This document shows, piece after piece, positions 58,101-64,000 of a stretch of DNA of 64,000 nt. Position numbers and translations under genes: made by a program. The notes beneath the pieces were generated by a model, which was not told the DNA's origin, did not search any database, and saw only the letters and a list, made by a program, of their open reading frames with translations. The stretch lies in contig CAXXLX010000001.1 of NCBI GenBank assembly GCA_963665235.2, positions 288,001 to 352,000 on the forward strand, given 5' to 3'. Every line of letters starts with the position of its first letter. Position 1 is the stretch's first letter. The DNA is from Candidatus Poribacteria bacterium (GTDB taxonomy: Bacteria > Poribacteria > WGA-4E > WGA-3G).

Positions 58101-59963
58101 GAAAATAACGAGCGTGCAGAACAGCAACAGGAGCTTCCGATTCAAGTGATCGTTGGTAATCCGCCATGGTCAGCAGGACAGAAAAGCGCAGCAGACGACA
58201 ACCCAAATGTCGACTATCCAGAACTTGAAAAACGAGTCAGAGAAACCTACGTTGAGGCCGCCACAGTAACAAATAAAAACCGTCTTTATGATACATACAA
58301 GATGGCGATTCGATGGGCTTCTGACAGGATTGATAAGCAAGGTATCATCGCCTTCGTTACCAACGGCTCATGGATTGATGGTAACGCCGAAGCAGGCATC
58401 CGGGCGTGCTTAGTGGAGGAGTTCAGTTCAATCCATGTCCTAAACCTGCGGGGAAATCAGCGAACCCAAGGGGAGGTGTCGCGTCGAGAGGGAGGTAAAG
58501 TCTTCGGTTCAGGGTCACGCGCCCCCGTTGCCATTACACTCCTCGTCAAGAATCCGAGTACTGGACACGAGGGTTGTAAAATTATCTACTGCGATATCGG
58601 AGACTACCTCACACGCGAAGAGAAATTGGCAGCACTCACTGAGGCAAAGTCTATAAAAGGATTTAGCACTTGGCAGACGATCACACCTGATGAATATCAC
58701 GATTGGATTGAACAACGAAACCGTGAATTTGTTAAGTTCTATCCGATGGGATCAAAGGACGCGAAAGCAGGTAAGACAAACGATGCAATATTTGAATTAT
58801 ATTCAAGAGGGGTAACAACCGGTAGAGACGCGTACATTTATAACCTCTCACGCGATGCCTGTGCCGCGAACGCGAACGGAATGACACAGGACTATCTCGC
58901 CGCCCTCTCAGAATTTGAGAAAAATCCAGGGTTTATAGCAGGTGAGGTCGCAAGTCAACACAAATCGAATACTAAGTGGGATAGTGCCTTGATAAATAAC
59001 CTGAGGCGAAAAGAAAAAACCGCATTTGATGAGGGTTATATTCAAAAAGTTGCTTACCGGCCATTCGTTGCGACAAATTGTTATGCTGACTACACCTTCA
59101 TACAGAGCAAGTATCAGATGGATCGCATCTTTCCAAATAGTTCCAGCGAAAACCGCGCTATTTGCGTCCCTTGTATCGGAACGAAAAAGCCATTTTCTGC
59201 CCTTGTAACTGACAGGATGTCCGATCTCAACCTGCAACAAGGTTCACAGTGTTTCCCACGGTACCGATACCCGAAGCCTACAGATACCCCGAACACGTCA
59301 GACATGTTTGAAGGTATTAACAAGCCTCCCGAGCGCATTGATAACATTTCAGACACGGCACTGCGCGCCTTCCGTAAACACTACGGTGATGACTCCATCA
59401 CAAAGGATGACATCTTTGACTATGTTTACGGTATCCTCCACGCCCCCAGTTACCGAGAGCAGTTCGCAAACGATTTGTCCAAAATGATACCGCGTATTCC
59501 GTTTGCCCCGGATTTTCACGTCTTTGCAAAGGCGGGCAAAAAATTGGCAGAACTTCATCTCAATTACGAGACGTGTGAACAATACCCACTCAGAGTCGAG
59601 TTTCCGAATATGGCTTTACCGCCAACCGACCTTGAAGATGCGGACCCGGATCTTTTTCGGTTAACTGATAAAGTGATGCGTTATGGGCCTGATGGGAAAA
59701 GATCGCTTGGCATTAATACGCATGTTCGCTTATGTGGCATTCCAGAAGACGCTTATCGCTATGTCGTTAACGGCAGGTCACCGCTGGAGTGGTTTATTGA
59801 CCGCTACTACATAAAAACGGATAAGGATAGCGGCATCGTCAACGACCCGAACGGTTGGTTTGCTGATCCGCGTGACATTGTTCCTGCAATTAAGCGGATT
59901 GTTTATGTGAGTGTGGAATCTGCCCGAATTATTGATAGGTTGCCAGATGAGATAACTGTCTGA
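55143..59963 (+). CDS. Type ISP single-polypeptide restriction-modification enzyme (LlaBIII/LlaGI-like)
   Basis: Mrr-like nuclease DIGIDLV...AIQCKCY; SF2 helicase ACGTGKT, DEGHR, MTATPR, LSEGIDVP, QAVGRVMRK; N6-MTase LDPFTGTG and GNPPW; C-terminal TRD with YRPF and VNGRSPLEW. Confidence 0.93.
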   Translation: MSQANQLGLPFENRSGDTDNGFHTALAYIRENANSNYSVGNLFEKLIKNYLLEDPFYKRRFTEVYLWSEWAQLRPEFDGTDIGIDLVAEEREGGYCAIQCKCYAADTRITKAALDTFIAASAREPFTSRIFVDTSETWSANVRRTLDGLQPPCQRISAADLASRPVSWPDLSHQAPEQLNYQVETFSLREHQQKAFDDVVNGFKESDRGKLIMACGTGKTFTALRIAEEIAGVGGRVLYLVPSIGLFAQAMREWAEQQGIPHRYIGICSDTKAGKANEDATLMELEFPVTTNETVISEALQKNDKGNMRVVFCTYHSLPKVAEAQGAGAPDFDIIFCDEGHRTTGVDRPNDKTSPFVLVHDADRIRAKKRLYMTATPRLYTDSAKTKAAQHNIDVFSMDDPNTYGPEFHRLPFSKAVEQDLLSDYKVVILAMSEQGVNRTLQRYLSNGGSELNINDATKIVGCWRALQNPERKSSEDPELKPLTRAIAFSNTIATSKRIEKHWDRIIETAIEELPEDQRPQNFTCETKHVDGKNNALERKQRIEWLKGDSEGVCRILSNARCLSEGIDVPALDAVLFMTPRNSHVDIVQAVGRVMRKAPGKEYGYIVLPVAIPSGADPVKALNDNKRFAAVWGVLRALRSHDDRLNAEINKIDLNNEPTEIIIIDGDGSDGENGNGSLNGQQLLLPIGIPADAIYAKIVEKCGDRKYWESWAKDVADIFKRLVGRIENLLENPENEALQEWFYDFHKELTETINDSITRESAIDMMAQHIITRPVFEALFENYDFATGNPVANALNKLQNDFSEFGLENETRDLEGFYESVQRRARGLDNSEARQRVLLELYEKFFVTALKKEVERLGIVYTPIEVVDFILHSANEVLQNEFGRSLSDEGVHMLDPFTGTGVFLTRLLQSNIIQDADLERKYREELHANEIVLLAYYIATVNIEEAFRGRLGEDSSYEPFNGIVLTDTFNLNKKDNSTLFPKEWLQENNERAEQQQELPIQVIVGNPPWSAGQKSAADDNPNVDYPELEKRVRETYVEAATVTNKNRLYDTYKMAIRWASDRIDKQGIIAFVTNGSWIDGNAEAGIRACLVEEFSSIHVLNLRGNQRTQGEVSRREGGKVFGSGSRAPVAITLLVKNPSTGHEGCKIIYCDIGDYLTREEKLAALTEAKSIKGFSTWQTITPDEYHDWIEQRNREFVKFYPMGSKDAKAGKTNDAIFELYSRGVTTGRDAYIYNLSRDACAANANGMTQDYLAALSEFEKNPGFIAGEVASQHKSNTKWDSALINNLRRKEKTAFDEGYIQKVAYRPFVATNCYADYTFIQSKYQMDRIFPNSSSENRAICVPCIGTKKPFSALVTDRMSDLNLQQGSQCFPRYRYPKPTDTPNTSDMFEGINKPPERIDNISDTALRAFRKHYGDDSITKDDIFDYVYGILHAPSYREQFANDLSKMIPRIPFAPDFHVFAKAGKKLAELHLNYETCEQYPLRVEFPNMALPPTDLEDADPDLFRLTDKVMRYGPDGKRSLGINTHVRLCGIPEDAYRYVVNGRSPLEWFIDRYYIKTDKDSGIVNDPNGWFADPRDIVPAIKRIVYVSVESARIIDRLPDEITV

Positions 59964-60924
59964 ATCGCGGATTACACAGAGGACGCAGAGAACGCGGAAA
60001 AAAGAGAATTCTTGCTAAAATCTACGCATTTACTGTCAGAATCGCGGATTACACAAAGGACACAGAGGACACGGAAAAAGAGGAGTGTGTTCAGGCTAAC
60101 CGGTTTACTTGTGAAAACCAATATAGATGCCACAATAACCCCTTCCGCGTTCTCCGCGTTCTCCGCGAAAATCCGCGATTCTGACAAAATACAAAGAAAG
60201 GGACAACAAAAATGAGTAATAACCTAAAATATGAAAACATCACTGGAAAAATAATTGGGGCAGCGATTGAAGTCCATAAGTTTTTGGGAAACGGATTCCA
60301 AGAGGTGATTTATCAGAGGGCGTTAGCTGTTGAAATGCGGAGGGCAGGTCTGGAATTTGCTCGGGAAGTTGAGCACGATATATATTACAAGGATTTCCCC
60401 GAACCCATTGGAACCCGACGAGCTGATTTCGTAGTGGCAAGAATTGTGTTGGTGGAATTAAAAGCTATCACGATGTTAGAACCTGTTCATGAAGCACAGA
60501 TATTAAATTATTTGAAGGCATACCGACTGGAAATAGGTTTGTTGATCAATTTCGGTGAGGAAAAGATAAACGTCAAGAGATTGATTCTTTCACAACCTAA
60601 TCTTAGGTGATGTGTTAGAATCCCGGATTATTCTGTCAGAATCGCGGATTACATAGAAGACACAGAGAACACAGAAAAATAGGGGTTTGGTGCATGCACA
60701 GCGGTTTGCTTGTGAAAACCAATACAGGAGTTCCAATAACCCTTTCCGCGTCTTCCGTGTTTTCCGCGTTCTCTGCGATTCAGACAAAATACCTGTCAGA
60801 ATCGCAGAGAACACAGAAAAATAGGTTTTTTGCTAACATGTTCGCATTTGTGAAGGGGAACTGAAATGCCCAAAAGACCCTTCCGCGTTTTCCGTGCACT
60901 CCGCGAAAATCCGCGATTCTGACA
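59957..60924. repeat. Cluster of fold-back elements TGTCAGAATCGCGGATT...AATCCGCGATTCTGACA around the GxxExxY gene
   Basis: Full units at 60034-60186 and 60634-60786 (153 bp each) and 60794-60924; half units at 59957 and 60613; relative at 63029-63163. Confidence 0.9.
60212..60610 (+). CDS. GxxExxY protein (PD-(D/E)XK nuclease-like)
   Basis: IIGAAIEVHK.LG.GFQEVIYQRAL, RADFVV, VELKA, QILNYLK....IGLLINFG. Confidence 0.92.
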   Translation: MSNNLKYENITGKIIGAAIEVHKFLGNGFQEVIYQRALAVEMRRAGLEFAREVEHDIYYKDFPEPIGTRRADFVVARIVLVELKAITMLEPVHEAQILNYLKAYRLEIGLLINFGEEKINVKRLILSQPNLR

Positions 60925-60953
60925 ATCTCTGCGACAAAAACTTTACACACGCC

Positions 60954-60982
60954 TTGACAAGTGGCAAAATATGTGTTATACT
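60954..60982 (+). promoter_or_regulatory. sigma70-type promoter
   Basis: TTGACA-17 bp-TATACT with an extended TG. Confidence 0.75.
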
Positions 60983-61128
60983 ATTAGTGTAAAATAAAGT
61001 AACGCGTTGATTAAGCGCGACTGCTGGCAACGGATGCCAGTGCTGCACGGTAAAGACTGTCTGCATAGTAGACGGGCTAGCAGCAAAAAAGCAGACAAAC
61101 AGATTCTTAAAATAGGAGGAAAAAGCAC

Positions 61129-62970
61129 ATGTTGGAATTTACGAATCTTGATTCCCTTTACGCTCATGTAGAAAACAGTCCTCTAACGGATTACAAGCGT
61201 TATGAGGTGATTGATTTTTTTCGGGAGTTTAGGGACGCGAAAAAGGAAGCAAATGATTCTGAAGCTGCTGAGAAAGCACAATGGGAGATTCACTTCCTAT
61301 GGTTCCATTTAAAAGAAGGGAACATCGGACCTGAGTGGGAACAAACCGACAATGGTCAAGTATTTGTATACCCACATTTGGATCTATTTGATGAAAAAAC
61401 ATACGAATATTTGATCTGCAGGCTGCAGACCACCAATAATCCAACACTAAAAGCTCGCTATGCTCATATCCTCTGGTGTAGTCTGAAAAAACATCATAAA
61501 TATGCCAAAACAGCCGTTGATTCATACCTTGAGTCGATTTCAATTTATGAGCGAGGATATGATAACGATGAAGATTACGCTCAGGATATTAGAAAAGTTG
61601 TCATGAACGCTCATGTTATTGCTTGTCAAAGCAATTATGAAGTAGAGAAAATCAAAATGGAGTTATTGCGACTGATTCAAAAATTCAGTTTAGGTGCTGT
61701 ATTTTCGGCGCAGACTCTTATTGATTTCATGTTAAAGTTCACAAAAAGGTTTACTAAAGAAGATTTTGAGGGTTTACAGAATATATGCTGGCAAATTGCC
61801 GAATCTTTTTCAGATGATGGAGATAGTGCAATTACCTTTCTCAAGCTTGGAAGAAAAGTTGATCAGAGACTTGAAAAGCAGTCTCATAATTGGATACTCC
61901 GGATTGCACAACATAATGAAGCTCAAATGAAGCAGCGTGAAGCGGACCCGATTGTTGCCTTGCATTTTTGCATGCAGGCGATTGAAAACTACAAAACGGC
62001 AGGCAATGAAGAAAAGGTAAAGGAATTAGAAAAAAGATACGCCGAGCTCAGAGATGCTATGGAATTTCACACGAACGGGATAGATGATGATGTAACAGAA
62101 ATTGTAACGGCAGCAAGAGACTATGCACAAGATTTTGTTAAGAATGCTACCTCTGAGGAAATTATTGGCTGCTTAATTTCAGATAAATATTTTCTGCCAA
62201 CGGTTCAAGGAACTGAAAAATCAGTGAAAGAGCAAATTAAGAGCTCTCCAATCTTTCATCTTTTTCCCAAGGTTATATTGGACCAAAGCAAAAATACGGC
62301 TCAGCATTTTGAGACCGATGATGAGAAGAAACGTCATAGTATCCTTGAGAGCTATCGATTGCAACTTGAAATAGGAAACATCTATTTAATCGATACCTTT
62401 CTCTTTGAAGCGATCTCGGAGCGAAAATTGACTATTGGTATACTATTAGATTATTTGAACAAACATTGTTGGTATGGAAAAAGTCTGAATTGGTTGAGTT
62501 TAATTGCTCCATCTCTCAATAAATATTTTCGTCAGATAGATTTTTATTTAGCCTATCCAGGGCGGAATCATCCTAACTTTGTTTTGTGTCTCGATTCCTT
62601 GACCCTAAAGATAGAAGGACTTTTTAGAAATTTATGTCGTCTGTCTGGTGTCTCAACTACCTATCACAGACAAGATCGGGCCGGCCGAAATATCGCGCAG
62701 GAAAAAGATATTGATATGTTGTTACGTGAAGAAGCGATTCAAGACCTATTTGACGAAGACGATCTACTATTTTTCAGGTTCCTCTTAGTCGAAAAAGTTG
62801 GATACAATTTAAGGCATAAAATTGCACATTCTTTACTACCTTTTCATCAATATGATGTTTCTTATATGAACCTGATGATATTAGCCTTACTCCGCTTAGG
62901 AAAGTATGATCTTGTGCAGGAAAATTCTCAGGAAGATGACGCTGAATGTGAACAAGAAAATAATCAATAG
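61129..62970 (+). CDS. DUF4209-like protein with a C-terminal HEPN-type RxxxxH motif (candidate defence RNase)
   Basis: L.LKIEGLFRNL...G ... LLFFRFLLVEKVGYNLRHKIAHS; AT-rich; AGGAGG RBS. Confidence 0.7.
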   Translation: MLEFTNLDSLYAHVENSPLTDYKRYEVIDFFREFRDAKKEANDSEAAEKAQWEIHFLWFHLKEGNIGPEWEQTDNGQVFVYPHLDLFDEKTYEYLICRLQTTNNPTLKARYAHILWCSLKKHHKYAKTAVDSYLESISIYERGYDNDEDYAQDIRKVVMNAHVIACQSNYEVEKIKMELLRLIQKFSLGAVFSAQTLIDFMLKFTKRFTKEDFEGLQNICWQIAESFSDDGDSAITFLKLGRKVDQRLEKQSHNWILRIAQHNEAQMKQREADPIVALHFCMQAIENYKTAGNEEKVKELEKRYAELRDAMEFHTNGIDDDVTEIVTAARDYAQDFVKNATSEEIIGCLISDKYFLPTVQGTEKSVKEQIKSSPIFHLFPKVILDQSKNTAQHFETDDEKKRHSILESYRLQLEIGNIYLIDTFLFEAISERKLTIGILLDYLNKHCWYGKSLNWLSLIAPSLNKYFRQIDFYLAYPGRNHPNFVLCLDSLTLKIEGLFRNLCRLSGVSTTYHRQDRAGRNIAQEKDIDMLLREEAIQDLFDEDDLLFFRFLLVEKVGYNLRHKIAHSLLPFHQYDVSYMNLMILALLRLGKYDLVQENSQEDDAECEQENNQ

Positions 62971-63185
62971 TCAAAGCAGGCAGATTCTTAACGTCTTCCT
63001 GAATTAGGCGCGTCGTTTATGTCAACGTTGAATCACGCGGATTATTGAGGGGTTACAGTTTATATTAACTGCAGCGGAATAAGGGGCAGGCACACTGCAC
63101 ATAACAAAACGTCATTACACAGAAACCAATAATCCGCGCCATCCGTGTAATCCGCGATTCAGAAATATTTTAAGGAGGAACACCC

Positions 63186-64000
63186 ATGAATACGCAAAAC
63201 GAATCCAATACACAAACCGACCTTAGCCGTGTCTTGGCAAAGATTACTGATATAGTCGAAAAATCTGCCGAAGGTGACTACATCTACCGCGGGGAGTCTA
63301 ATAAATGCCATAAAAAAGTCTCCTCGAATCTCTATCGCGAATACAAGGCTGATATTGAAGCAGAAAACTTTGATATAGCGGTTGTCCAAGAGGAAATCCT
63401 GAGGGAAGCGAGAGAATATACCACTTCCGAAATGACTGACTCTGAAATCCTCACAGAGCTCCAGCACCACGGCGGAAAGACGAATCTCATTGACTTTACG
63501 ACTGACTACCTTGTTGCCCTCTTTTTCGCCTGCGATGGCAACCGTGACAAGCCCGGGAGGGTCATATTAGTCCAAAGACAATCTGAAGCTTACGAAGTCG
63601 TAAAACCGCCTAGAACAATCGAGCGTGTTGGATTCCAGAAAAGTATCTTCGTTCGATCACCCAGTGGTGTTGTTGAACCAGACGATGTCGTGTATATCCC
63701 AGCAGACTTAAAAGGGGCCATGCTCCACTACCTCCGAAAGCACCACGACATCTCGACCAAAACCATCTATAACGACCTCCAGGGATTCATTGAAAATCAG
63801 AACAGTCATAAGAGCGCGTATGCGAATTTTTATAAGGGCCGCACCTGCCAAATTCGTGGGGATTCAACAAAGGATCCGGTGGAAAAACAGGCATCGTATG
63901 GTAAAGCGGTTGAGCATTATACCGAAGCTATTGACTTAAACCCTGAGTATACTAAGGCTTATAACAACCGCGGTGTTGCTTACAATAGCATAGGTGAGTA
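63186..64000 (+). CDS. FRG-domain protein with TPR repeats (partial, runs off the right edge; absent from the ORF track)
   Basis: Manual translation: YIYRGES, LQHHGGKTNLIDFTTDYLVALFFAC, QKSIF, then YTEAIDLNPEYTKAYNNRG; AAGGAGG RBS. Confidence 0.85.
   Translation, partial: MNTQNESNTQTDLSRVLAKITDIVEKSAEGDYIYRGESNKCHKKVSSNLYREYKADIEAENFDIAVVQEEILREAREYTTSEMTDSEILTELQHHGGKTNLIDFTTDYLVALFFACDGNRDKPGRVILVQRQSEAYEVVKPPRTIERVGFQKSIFVRSPSGVVEPDDVVYIPADLKGAMLHYLRKHHDISTKTIYNDLQGFIENQNSHKSAYANFYKGRTCQIRGDSTKDPVEKQASYGKAVEHYTEAIDLNPEYTKAYNNRGVAYNSIGE

Noticed and set aside
33-63470. Numerous short antisense or nested ORFs in the six-frame track (e.g. 1473-2081, 43105-43785, 55089-55604, 63159-63470)
   Set aside because: They overlap well-supported genes on the other strand or frame and show no recognisable motifs

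Overview
A 64-kb bacterial window. The combination of LRR/FG-GAP proteins with a dockerin-like domain and a 'NYPNPFNPETWIPYQL' C-terminal domain, PD40/TolB-like propellers ending in a 'K..RW..LK' tail, and sulfatase-like genes resembles Candidatus Poribacteria (inference, no search run). The left part holds glycan/surface genes, a Hen1-Pnkp RNA-repair operon and metabolic genes (aroQ, DegT cluster, korAB, a GHMP kinase-nucleotidyltransferase fusion, a TonB receptor). The right part is rich in mobile and defence DNA. (1) A TnpB-only IS605-type element is split by a 3,973-bp Mutator-type (ISKra4/ISLre2-like) unit whose 9-bp target duplication flanks the transposase plus 2.5 kb of cargo ending at a third, solo inverted repeat 16 bp upstream of the tnpB -35 box. 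(2) A ~470-bp IscB-type omegaRNA/HEARO-like element with no ORF appears to sit between a gene's Shine-Dalgarno and its ATG. (3) An IS701-like element duplicated a TATAAT -10 box upstream of a Type ISP restriction enzyme. (4) A GxxExxY gene is bracketed by two 153-bp fold-back elements of a dispersed family. (5) A DUF4209/HEPN-like gene is flanked by short direct repeats. A 165-bp higher-order tandem repeat also reiterates the first nine codons of an epimerase gene as stop-terminated mini-ORFs. No rRNA, tRNA or CRISPR array was found.
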